Shown here one piece after another: positions 24,181-32,000 of a stretch of 32,000 bases of DNA. The stretch is from Halogeometricum borinquense DSM 11551 (GTDB taxonomy: Archaea; Halobacteriota; Halobacteria; Halobacteriales; Haloferacaceae). Location: NCBI RefSeq assembly GCF_000172995.2, contig NC_014732.1, positions 30,001 to 62,000 of the forward strand. Direction: 5' to 3'. The translations under genes and the position numbers were made by a program. Positions within the stretch are counted from its first letter, which is position 1; each line of letters begins with the position of its first letter. The notes below the pieces were generated by a model that saw only the letters and a list, made by a program, of their open reading frames with translations, was not told the DNA's origin and made no database searches.

Positions 24181-24789
24181 TTACCGGTCGAGGTCGTGCT
24201 GGTGGTACGTCTCCATTGCCGTCAAGACGACGAGTGCCGTGGTGCTGACGACTGCCCACGCGGCATCGGGAACGAGTGCAAAACCAGGCGCACCGAGGAG
24301 ACCCGCAGCGACACCGATACCGACAACGCCAGCGACGGCGGCGTTGCGCTTGGACGATGACGACCCTGCGTCGTTCTGCGCAGGTGTAGAGTCACCAAGA
24401 TACGGCTCGAGCTGTTCGGCCATCTGCTTTAGCGTGATATCGCCGCGATTCTTCTCGAAGTCGATGACACCGGAGTTGGCCATCTTCGGAAGATGACACT
24501 GATATAGTCCGATGTACACGCGTTTGCGCTGACTGGAGGAGAGTTGAGCGATTTCGATGTCGTTCTCTTTTGCGGCGATGTACTCGGCCATATCACCGAG
24601 TTTGGCCTCGCCGTCGTTTTCTTTGAGATATCGAATTGCGTCGCGTCGTCGCTGGTTCTTCAGTAACTCAAAGATTGTATCTTTCGTAAGGAGTTCCTGA
24701 ACGTCTTCTTGTTCGTGCTGTTCGACCGCGTCCGCCTCGGGGGTCGAGGCATCCTGAGTCTCGGATTGAGTTAGTGTTTCGAGTGCCAT
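24181..24789 (-). CDS. Membrane-anchored winged-helix protein (haloarchaeal DUF7344-like), paralog A
   Basis: Acidic N-terminus, then ELLKNQRRRDAIRYL..QRKRVYIGLYQCHLPKMANSGVIDF. Two C-terminal hydrophobic segments follow (AAVAGVVGIGVAAGLLGAPGFALV; AAWAVVSTTALVVLTAM). Confidence 0.75.
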   Translation of the reverse strand: MALETLTQSETQDASTPEADAVEQHEQEDVQELLTKDTIFELLKNQRRRDAIRYLKENDGEAKLGDMAEYIAAKENDIEIAQLSSSQRKRVYIGLYQCHLPKMANSGVIDFEKNRGDITLKQMAEQLEPYLGDSTPAQNDAGSSSSKRNAAVAGVVGIGVAAGLLGAPGFALVPDAAWAVVSTTALVVLTAMETYHQHDLDR

Positions 24790-25195
24790 CTGCCTACCTC
24801 CCTCTCGTTGAGAGTACCGTTGCGTCGGTCGTCGGTGCCACCCACCAGGTTAATTGGGTATTTCTCGATTGATCCGCGATGGGCGACGACCTAACGTCGC
24901 TGGTTCGACCCCGCACGAGAGGTCAACTATCCTTTTTTCAGCAGTCATCATATACCTGCCTTCGAGTCGCAGGTTCTGCTTCTGTTCGCGCAGCAAGAGT
25001 ATTTTTTAATAGACCGACATGAGATATTAAGATGACACGTTCGAGAAATCGGATCGATAACGGCGAGAGATTGTCTCGCTAACCGGTACGACACACCGAA
25101 ATTCGAGATTGAACGAGAATCGAGAAAACAAGAATGATAAATACGACTAGTATCTGCATGGACTGCAAACAAAACTGATAATGAACACGTGAGTG

Positions 25196-25216
25196 ACTCA
25201 GTACTCAGTACTCAGT
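25196..25216. repeat. Heptanucleotide microsatellite (ACTCAGT)x3
   Basis: Read directly (gtgagtgACTCAGTACTCAGTACTCAGTtacg). It is intergenic, about 110 bp downstream of the stop of the 25324..25863 gene. Confidence 0.9.
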
Positions 25217-25323
25217 TACGCCGCTCGTCGTGCGACAACAGTTGAACCAGTGTTAGTTACCAACGACTAGTAGGATACTGAAGGAGGATGCCGCGCGCGC
25301 CGCACGTAACTGCCGACGCGCAG

Positions 25324-25863
25324 TCATTCGATTAGCGTCTCGAACGAGTCCGTCGTTTCGTCACCTTCCAACTCAAGGAAGTACTGCGCTCCGACGAGAA
25401 CAAGTATCGCGGTCGAAACGAACACCGCGATAGCTACCCATGGGAGTGCGGCAAACAGCGGAAGCCCAATGATGCGCGCGAGTATGGCGAGCCACCCAAC
25501 GACGCCTAAGATAGCGTAGTAGGTCGCCCACGGTCGGGGTTCATCTTCCGTCCGCATCCAGAAGAACCCCTCTCTCGCAACCTCCGGCGTGAGCGCGACA
25601 ATGCGCTCTTCGTCGTCGTACGAGACGATTCCAGCCTCCTCCAACTTCGGGAGATGGGTCTGGTACAGCGAGATGTACACTCGCTGTCGCTCCTCGTCCG
25701 TCACTTCATCCACTGATGTGCCGTTCTCGACGGCCGCGATTCGGGCCGCCAACTGTTTCAGGCTCATCTCGTCCCCAGCCTCGTGGAGATAGTAGATGAT
25801 GTACCGACGACGAGAGTTACTGAGTATTCTGAACAACTCGTCTTTGGATAGGTCGATCATCAC
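25324..25863 (-). CDS. Membrane-anchored winged-helix protein (DUF7344-like), paralog B
   Basis: RILSNSRRRYIIYYL..ERQRVYISLYQTHLPKLEEAGIVSY, followed by two or three hydrophobic segments (ATYYAILGVVGWLAILARIIGLPLFAALPWVAIAVFVSTAILVLVGA). Confidence 0.75.
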   Translation of the reverse strand: MMIDLSKDELFRILSNSRRRYIIYYLHEAGDEMSLKQLAARIAAVENGTSVDEVTDEERQRVYISLYQTHLPKLEEAGIVSYDDEERIVALTPEVAREGFFWMRTEDEPRPWATYYAILGVVGWLAILARIIGLPLFAALPWVAIAVFVSTAILVLVGAQYFLELEGDETTDSFETLIE

Positions 25864-26206
25864 ATTTCGTATCAGGCGTGTCTCATCCCGCGCGCCCGCG
25901 ACTGCCGATGCAAATCGCCGAGTTGACGTATTCGACTCAGTATCTTTGTTATCGACCTACTTATGCCGTTACGGCGGTGCCTACTGGCAGTAATCGGCCG
26001 TAATCATCATATCGTCTGGGTTTTTTACAGATGAAAAATTTGCAACATATTTTCCGGGATAAAGCCAATCATTAGTCGATGGTGACTGGTGCAAAGTCAA
26101 GTACGGCGCAAATCTAAACCTACCAAGCGGCGTTAATACCCGCACATCGGACGTATACTGGTGGCTAACAATACCGGATGGGGACAAATGACGGGTCGAG
26201 ACGAAG

Positions 26207-26485
26207 ATGTTCGAGTTAACAGGCTTTCAGCGTGACCTCCTGTACGTGATTGCAGGATCCGAGCGACCCTCAGGACAGGAGATCAAAGAGAAGATCGGCA
26301 AAGACGTTGGTGAAGTCAACCACGGACGACTGTATCCAAACCTCGACGCGCTCGTCGAAGAGGGATTAGTGGACAAAGGCCAGCAGGACCGCCGAACCAA
26401 CTACTACACAATCTCCGAGTCGGGACGACAGGCAATCCGAAAACGGCGTGAATGGGAGAATCAGTACGTCTCACTGGATGAATAA
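26207..26485 (+). CDS. PadR-family transcriptional regulator
   Basis: 92-aa ORF with LTGFQRDLLYVIAGSERPSGQEIKEKI..VNHGRLYPNLDALVEEGLV, the PadR winged-helix signature. Confidence 0.8.
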   Translation: MFELTGFQRDLLYVIAGSERPSGQEIKEKIGKDVGEVNHGRLYPNLDALVEEGLVDKGQQDRRTNYYTISESGRQAIRKRREWENQYVSLDE

Positions 26486-26937
26486 GCCGAGTACAGGCGC
26501 ATCGGCACGACGAGCGACCTCTTGCATGAACATGGTCGAGCACTGGATAGTAGCCTCACACTCGAACGCCACCCTCTTTTTGTCCATTTGACCCCCGACT
26601 GACGGGTCGTGTGCGTATCACCACATCCGCAGGAGCCGATGCCGACGTACTGTCTGTCAAATCTGAGTCGAGACTCACTGTTCGGTAGCAATCAACGACC
26701 GATTACCAACCCTCGAAACCATTGCCTTCGGCTGGGTCGTCTTCGAAAATTGTTGAACAGTCCGATCCCGGTGTAGTCTGCCGATTGCATCGGTTTCGCG
26801 CACGCACAGGTGCCCTATAACAAAGCGTGTACGGGACCCCGATAGGGTAGAGACGGACACATGACGATTTACATGACCGAGGCTGAACGAACCGAGGACG
26901 GTGCTCGACACGAACGGCATCGCGTCTCCCGACACCT

Positions 26938-28065
26938 ATGACGGCCACTAGTGACGGGACGCCGAAGGTAGCCATTATTCTCGGGACTCGACCAGAGATT
27001 ATCAAATGCGCACCCCTCATCAAGGCGTGCGACCGACGAGGAGTAGACTGTCTTCTCATCCACACCGGCCAGCACTACTCGGAAGACCTCGATCAGGTGT
27101 TCTTCGATCAGTTGGAACTCCCGACACCGGACTACAACCTCGAAGTCGGATCTCGTTCGCACGGCGAACAGACCGGTCGGATGCTCGAAGGTATCGAGAA
27201 CCTCCTCGAAGCACACACACCGGATATCGTTCTCGTGCAGGGTGATACGAACTCGGTACTTGCGGGTGCGCTCGCGGGCGCGAAATCGAACATTGACGTG
27301 GGTCACGTCGAAGCGGGATTGCGGAGTTTCGACCGCGAGATGCCCGAGGAGACGAACCGGGTCGTGACCGACCACGTCTCTGACTACCTGTTCGCACCGA
27401 CGGAGGAGACGAAACGGTATCTCGAACGGGAATCGGTTCCGGGCGAGATAGTCGTCACCGGGAACACCATCGTGGACTCACTCTACGAGTACCGTGACCT
27501 CGCTGCAGAGAAAAGCGATGTTCTCAACGAACTCAACGTGGCAGAAGACGACTTCTATCTCCTCACCGCACACCGTGCGGAAAACGTCGATACCCGGGAC
27601 AGTTTCGACCGACTGCTGGAAGGCGTTTCACGCTTTGCGGCACAGACCGACCGTGAAGTCGTCTACCCGATACATCCCCGCGCACAGTCGCGCCTCGATG
27701 AGTTCGGTCTGGCGGTGCCCGAGGAGATTCGGACAATCGAACCCCTCGACTTCCTCGATTTCCTCCGACTGGAGTCGGCCGCTGCACTGGTGTTTACCGA
27801 CTCCGGTGGCGTGCAAGAGGAGACGTGTATTCTCGGGACACCCTGTGTGACCCTCCGGTACAGCACGGAACGTCCGGAAACGGCTTATGTGGGTGCGAAC
27901 TGTCTGGCTGGACTTGATCCCGACGACATCGTCGAGGCCGGGACGATGATGCTCGGAAAGTGCGCCGACTGGGATGTCCCGTTCGGTGACGGTCGTGCCG
28001 CAGAACGTATACTCGACGTACTCGCCGTCGGAGCGGAACCCGACGCAGCAGAGGTCCCGACATGA
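26938..28065 (+). CDS. wecB: UDP-N-acetylglucosamine 2-epimerase (non-hydrolysing)
   Basis: ILGTRPEIIK, VQGDTNSVLAGALA, HVEAGLRSFDREMPEE and TDSGGVQEE motifs. Confidence 0.9.
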   Translation: MTATSDGTPKVAIILGTRPEIIKCAPLIKACDRRGVDCLLIHTGQHYSEDLDQVFFDQLELPTPDYNLEVGSRSHGEQTGRMLEGIENLLEAHTPDIVLVQGDTNSVLAGALAGAKSNIDVGHVEAGLRSFDREMPEETNRVVTDHVSDYLFAPTEETKRYLERESVPGEIVVTGNTIVDSLYEYRDLAAEKSDVLNELNVAEDDFYLLTAHRAENVDTRDSFDRLLEGVSRFAAQTDREVVYPIHPRAQSRLDEFGLAVPEEIRTIEPLDFLDFLRLESAAALVFTDSGGVQEETCILGTPCVTLRYSTERPETAYVGANCLAGLDPDDIVEAGTMMLGKCADWDVPFGDGRAAERILDVLAVGAEPDAAEVPT

Positions 28066-29363
28066 AAATCTGTGTACACGGAATCGGTTACATCGGACTC
28101 GCAACAGCGGCACTGTTCGCAAACAACGGTCACGACGTCGTCGGCTATGATCCCAACGAGAAACTCGTCGAAGAGTTGCGTGCGGGGAACCCGCGTACTA
28201 CAGAGGACGACCTCCGCGAGTACGTCCTCGACGCACTCGATGAGGACTTCGAACCCTCGAACGAGGTGGTCGAAGCCGACTGTCATATCATCTGCGTTCC
28301 CACACCCTACGAAGAAGAGTCAAAGCGCGCCGACCTCTCGTACGTCGAGATGGCGGGGCAGACCGTGGCTGAACATCTCCGCGAGGGAGATATGGTTATC
28401 CTCGAATCAACGGTGCCACCGGGAACGACCGAGGAAGTACTTGCGCCCATCCTCGCGGCAGCAGAGTTGACGCCCGGAAGGGACTTTTCGCTGTCACACT
28501 GTCCGGAGACGGTCCTCCCGGGAAATATTGCGCACGAACTGGTCCACAACGACCGCATCATCGGCGGCATCGACGACGAATCGACCGACAAAACCATCGC
28601 TCTGTACGACCCGCTCGTGGAGGGCACCATCCACCGCGCTCCCGATGCGACGACAGCGGAGTTCGTGAAACTCTCACAGAACGCCTACCGCGACGTGAAC
28701 ATCGCGTTCGCAAACGAACTGGCCCGCGTGGCGGCCGACTACGGGATCAGCTCACGCGACGCCATCGACTTAGCGAACGTCCACCCGCGCGTGGATATTT
28801 TGAACCCCGGACCCGGCGTCGGCGGACACTGTCTCCCAATCGATCCGTGGTTCCTCGGACAGTTCTCTGACTCGCTGAACCTCATCGAAAGTGCCCGGCG
28901 AGTCAACGACGGGATGATAGACTTCGTCATCGAACTCCTCGAAGACGAACTTAGCTCGCTCGAAAACGCCGACATTGCCGTACTCGGCGTTGCGTACAAG
29001 GGGAACGTAGACGATGCGCGACACAGTCCGGGTCTCCGGCTGGTTGAACGCCTGACGACGATGGAGCCACGGGAAGTCGGTGCAGCAGCGGCCGACGGGG
29101 GACAAACCCGAGCGTGCGGCAGCGTTCGCGTTCACGATCCCCACGTTGAGAGCGACGAAAGTAGCGATATCGACATCGTAGACCTCGAAACCGCTCTCGA
29201 CGGCGCGGACGCAGTTGTTGTTTGCGCCGGTCACGACGCGTTCTGCGATATCAACCCGGCCGAAGCGGCCGACCTGATGGACGGACGCGTCATCGTCGAT
29301 AGCTTCTCCATCCTTGATGCGGTCACTTGGCGCGAACACGGGTTCGACTACGCAGCAATATAA
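28062..29363 (+). CDS. wecC: UDP-N-acetyl-D-mannosamine dehydrogenase (UDP-sugar 6-dehydrogenase family)
   Basis: N-terminal Rossmann motif KICVHGIGYIGLATAALFA and catalytic-Cys motif GPGVGGHCLPIDPWFL. There is an ATGA overlap with wecB. Substrate assignment is by the wecB linkage. Confidence 0.85.
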   Translation: MKICVHGIGYIGLATAALFANNGHDVVGYDPNEKLVEELRAGNPRTTEDDLREYVLDALDEDFEPSNEVVEADCHIICVPTPYEEESKRADLSYVEMAGQTVAEHLREGDMVILESTVPPGTTEEVLAPILAAAELTPGRDFSLSHCPETVLPGNIAHELVHNDRIIGGIDDESTDKTIALYDPLVEGTIHRAPDATTAEFVKLSQNAYRDVNIAFANELARVAADYGISSRDAIDLANVHPRVDILNPGPGVGGHCLPIDPWFLGQFSDSLNLIESARRVNDGMIDFVIELLEDELSSLENADIAVLGVAYKGNVDDARHSPGLRLVERLTTMEPREVGAAAADGGQTRACGSVRVHDPHVESDESSDIDIVDLETALDGADAVVVCAGHDAFCDINPAEAADLMDGRVIVDSFSILDAVTWREHGFDYAAI

Positions 29364-29435
29364 TTCGGGCGTCATGCGACCCGGCAAGTACCGTTTGCCA
29401 CGGATAATACGAGATTAAATGTTCCAATATTGATG

Positions 29436-29450
29436 AACAGACTGTCTGTT
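29436..29450. terminator. Perfect hairpin AACAGAC-T-GTCTGTT downstream of wecC; a second 7-bp hairpin lies at 29472-29499
   Basis: Read directly, in the AT-rich spacer after the wecB-wecC operon. A role as terminator is an inference. Confidence 0.3.
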
Positions 29451-29557
29451 TAGAGGGCTATTCACAAAACCCTGAAAGACGCAATATCGGCACTTTCAGA
29501 GGCTCCTAAGGCTTATTTACCACAAGACTTATTTTGTTAATGGGACTGAAATAAGGT

Positions 29558-29923
29558 ATGGGATGCGACGAAGTTGACGGTCCCACCGATGTGGAGACCG
29601 ACCACGACAACCAGAACCACGAATCCGACGACATGGGGGCTTCAGCGCTGGGGACGCTGGGGACCGAGGGCGGCACCGAACCGAGACAAGACCAATACCT
29701 GACGCTCCGACCAACCGGAGACGGCGTCGCCACGTTCGAAGCGACAGTTGACGGATACATCAAATCAGCCGACAGTCTCGGCGCGAAAATCCCCGGTCTC
29801 GGCAAGAGCGCCGAAGACGCGATACAGAACGAACCACGACAATACATCCTGACCGGCGAACTTACGAGCATCAGGATCAACGGTCCCGCTGCCGCGTTCC
29901 TCGATGGGGAACGCGTTGCCTGA
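29558..29923 (+). CDS. Hypothetical acidic protein (121 aa)
   Basis: ORF with haloarchaeal acidic composition (..QYLTLRPTGDGVATFEATVDGYIKSADSLG..YILTGELTSIRINGPAAAFLDGERVA). No family recognised. An alternative start is Met26. Confidence 0.4.
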   Translation: MGCDEVDGPTDVETDHDNQNHESDDMGASALGTLGTEGGTEPRQDQYLTLRPTGDGVATFEATVDGYIKSADSLGAKIPGLGKSAEDAIQNEPRQYILTGELTSIRINGPAAAFLDGERVA

Positions 29924-30087
29924 CGGCTCAAACGCCGACGGTTGCACCACCAATCGGAATCACCACCCGGGAGAGCGGCAGCACTAATCGAAACCGACAG
30001 TCGAGAGCAGACAACAACAGCGGACACGGTGGTGTGGTTCGCGGCTTTCCATCGTCTCCCGACGAAGCTGTCGAGAGAACCGTCAGT

Positions 30088-30885
30088 TTAGTCGCCGTCG
30101 TCAGCAGATGACGCCGCTGAGGAGAACTGCGACCGCTCCACCGCATCAAGTTCCTCAAGTCCGAGTTCACCCCGCTCCGCTCGTATGAGGCGCTCAGCGC
30201 GGTCGCGGTCTTCCGGATACCCAACGTCAACACGCCATCCATCACACGGAATTGCGGAGATAGTCCGGCCGGATCGGATGAGTAGATCGATGGCGTCCGG
30301 GAGTTCGTACTCGCCGCGGTCGGAGGGTTGGACGAGGTTGCAGGCGTGGAAAATGGCGGGCGAGAACGTGTAAAAGCCCGTCATGACAAGGTTCGATTCG
30401 GGATTGTCCGGTTTCTCGACGACTTCGACGATGTCGCCGTCGTCGTTCGTGACACAAACGCCGTATCGAGACGCCTCGTCCCACGGAACCTCTTCGACCA
30501 AGAACGCCGCATCGGCGTGGTCGTCGTGCTGTCGCGCGACAACTTCGTCAAGGTTGGCCTCGAAGATGTTGTCGCCGAGCATCAGCATGAAGTCGTCGTC
30601 AACGTGCTCTTCGGCGGTGAGTACGGCGTGTGCGAGACCGAGTGCCTCCCGTTGGTGGGCGTACGTGATCGGAATGTTGCGGTACTCGTCACCGAATCGG
30701 GCGATAATCTGCTCTTTCCGGTGTCCGACGACGAGAATGAACTCATCGGCATCGAGTTCGGAGAGCGTATCAAGGCAGTGTTCGAGAATCGGTCGGCCGT
30801 CAACTTCGACGAGCGCCTTCGGTTTATCGTTCGTCAGCGGTTGGAGACGGGTTCCCTTTCCAGCGGCGAGGACGACTGCTTTCAT
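30088..30885 (-). CDS. Sugar-1-phosphate nucleotidyltransferase (glucose-1-P thymidylyl/uridylyltransferase-like, short form)
   Basis: MKAVVLAAGKGTRLQPLTNDKPKALV signature and LGLAHAV..LGDNIF. It has no LbH domain. There is an acidic C-terminal extension of about 25 aa. Confidence 0.85.
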   Translation of the reverse strand: MKAVVLAAGKGTRLQPLTNDKPKALVEVDGRPILEHCLDTLSELDADEFILVVGHRKEQIIARFGDEYRNIPITYAHQREALGLAHAVLTAEEHVDDDFMLMLGDNIFEANLDEVVARQHDDHADAAFLVEEVPWDEASRYGVCVTNDDGDIVEVVEKPDNPESNLVMTGFYTFSPAIFHACNLVQPSDRGEYELPDAIDLLIRSGRTISAIPCDGWRVDVGYPEDRDRAERLIRAERGELGLEELDAVERSQFSSAASSADDGD

Positions 30886-30899
30886 CAGAGATAGCTACG

Positions 30900-30953
30900 G
30901 CTAGAGTACGGATTGTTATACCATATCTACAGCTAGAGCGCAGATTGTTATAC
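30900..30953. repeat. Two 22-bp direct repeats (GCTAGAGTACGGATTGTTATAC / GCTAGAGCGCAGATTGTTATAC, 19/22 identical, 32-bp period) carrying a TATA-like box
   Basis: Read directly. On the minus strand each unit contains TATAACAAT. The proximal box lies about 26-35 nt upstream of the ATG at 30885. Confidence 0.6.
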
Positions 30954-31196
30954 GGCGGATAGCGGCGCGGCCCCCCGCGCCACATCCGCTACTGTGCGGG
31001 TCGAACCCGTTCAGACGGTTTCAGGCAGACAGCTTGGTGTTCGAGCCAACGCGTCGCGGCAGCGAGCCGGGAGCATCCGAAATGCGACCACGTTGCCTGA
31101 ACAAGAATACAAATGTGCTAGAACATTATAAATAGTATTACACCAAATAGAGAAATACGCAACACCTGAAAGGGTTAGGCAGTGATTTGTGTCCGT

Positions 31197-32000
31197 TCAG
31201 GTCGTTATTTCTTCTTTCTCGATAAGACTAGTTACTTCCTCTAAAAGCGCGTCAGCTTTGGATTCCTGTCTCGCCTCGGCTGTCACGCGTACGAGCGGTT
31301 CGGTTCCGCTCGCTCGAACCAGGAGCCACCCGTCATCAGTATCAACGCGCACACCGTCTGTCGTATCGATGTCGTCGTATTTCGCGGAGAGAAGCCCGTC
31401 AATAGCCCGCATTGCGCTCGCTTTGTCATCAACCGGGAGACTCAGTCGCCGCGTGGTGTACCGAGACGCCGCGATATCGGCGACCTGCTCGGAGAGCGGT
31501 CCCTCGCGGCGAATCAAGTCTGCGAGCCGGAGCGCTGCATAGTTAGCATCGGGTGCGAGCGTCTGATCCGGCCAAATCCACGCGCCACTCGGTTCACCGC
31601 CGAAGACGAACCCGGACTGTGAGACGGCCTCGGCGATGTACACGTCACCGACAGGCGTGTAAACGACAGTCCCGCCCGCAGACGCCACCACGTCGGCGAC
31701 GAGGAGACTGGTATCGACCGGGACGGCGACAGAATCACCCGGAGAAACAGCGTCACGCGCAAAGAGCGCAAGAAGAACGTCGCCGGGAACGTACTCACCG
31801 GTGTCAGAGACGGCAACCATCCGGTCGGAATCGCCGTCGTGAGCGATTCCGAAATCCGCGTCTAGCGCAGGCACAGTTCGTTGGAGTGTTGTGAGCGTCT
31901 CAGCGTTCGGTTCACTCTTGCGCGCTGGGAAGGTGCCGTCGGGTTGCGCATCGAGCGTGTTCACGGTTGCACCGAGTTCGTAGAGGGCATCCACAGTTAC
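31197..32000 (-). CDS. Phosphohexomutase (phosphoglucosamine mutase / phosphomanno-/phosphoglucomutase family), C-terminal part; continues beyond the window
   Basis: Contains the metal-binding loop GIAHDGDSDRM and the C-terminal domain (..DGVRVDTDDGWLLVRASGTEPLVRVTAEA). The frame stays open to position 32000. Confidence 0.85.
   Translation of the reverse strand, partial: VTVDALYELGATVNTLDAQPDGTFPARKSEPNAETLTTLQRTVPALDADFGIAHDGDSDRMVAVSDTGEYVPGDVLLALFARDAVSPGDSVAVPVDTSLLVADVVASAGGTVVYTPVGDVYIAEAVSQSGFVFGGEPSGAWIWPDQTLAPDANYAALRLADLIRREGPLSEQVADIAASRYTTRRLSLPVDDKASAMRAIDGLLSAKYDDIDTTDGVRVDTDDGWLLVRASGTEPLVRVTAEARQESKADALLEEVTSLIEKEEITT

Noticed and set aside
24906-24925. tRNA-like T-arm strings: GGTTCGACCCCGCACGAG here and the similar GGTTCGACCCGCACAG on the minus strand near 30991-31006. 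They were considered as tRNA fragments or att sites.
   Set aside because: Neither can be folded into a 5-bp T-stem with a 7-nt loop plus an acceptor strand, and no integrase is present. A shared match of about 10 nt is expected by chance in 32 kb.
1-32000. A search for transposases, integrases, toxin-antitoxin pairs, restriction-modification or other defence genes, and rRNA/tRNA genes.
   Set aside because: No ORF shows the relevant motifs (DDE or tyrosine-recombinase signatures, PIN/RelE-like small pairs, methyltransferase motifs). No cloverleaf-compatible or rRNA-like sequence was seen by eye. A tRNAscan/Infernal run would be needed to exclude small RNAs formally.

Overview
The window looks like a haloarchaeal (Halobacteria-type) chromosomal segment. 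Supporting signs: high-GC coding DNA, very acidic proteins, a twin-arginine plus lipobox signal on a solute-binding protein, and AT-rich TATA-like boxes about 25-35 nt upstream of start codons.

It has three parts.

(1) 1-14.7 kb is a phenylacetate (paa) catabolic gene cluster. It holds the paaA tail, paaB, paaC and a paaD that is split into two ORFs. It also holds a stand-alone aldehyde dehydrogenase and a stand-alone MaoC hydratase in place of fused PaaZ, two paaK ligase paralogs each next to a hotdog thioesterase, paaH, and a crotonase. A complete LivJ/HM/G/F-type ABC importer sits in the middle.

(2) 14.7-18.7 kb is a poorly coding, partly very AT-rich spacer. It contains an EthD gene, an HD hydrolase preceded by a 34-codon EthD-like fragment, and small zinc-ribbon ORFs.

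(3) 18.7-32 kb is a nucleotide-sugar supply island: glmS, glmU plus a second GlmU-like gene, wecB, wecC, a short sugar-1-P nucleotidyltransferase and a phosphohexomutase. It has no glycosyltransferase in the window. Interspersed are a wHTH regulator, a PadR regulator and two tandem membrane-anchored wHTH (DUF7344-like) paralogs.

I saw no rRNA, tRNA, CRISPR array, transposase or recognisable defence system.

The most interesting items are the atypical archaeal paa architecture with its embedded importer, the in-frame ATG-containing 15-bp tandem repeat upstream of a thioesterase, the membrane-tethered regulator pair, and an ORF-free GC-rich segment with interleaved helices.
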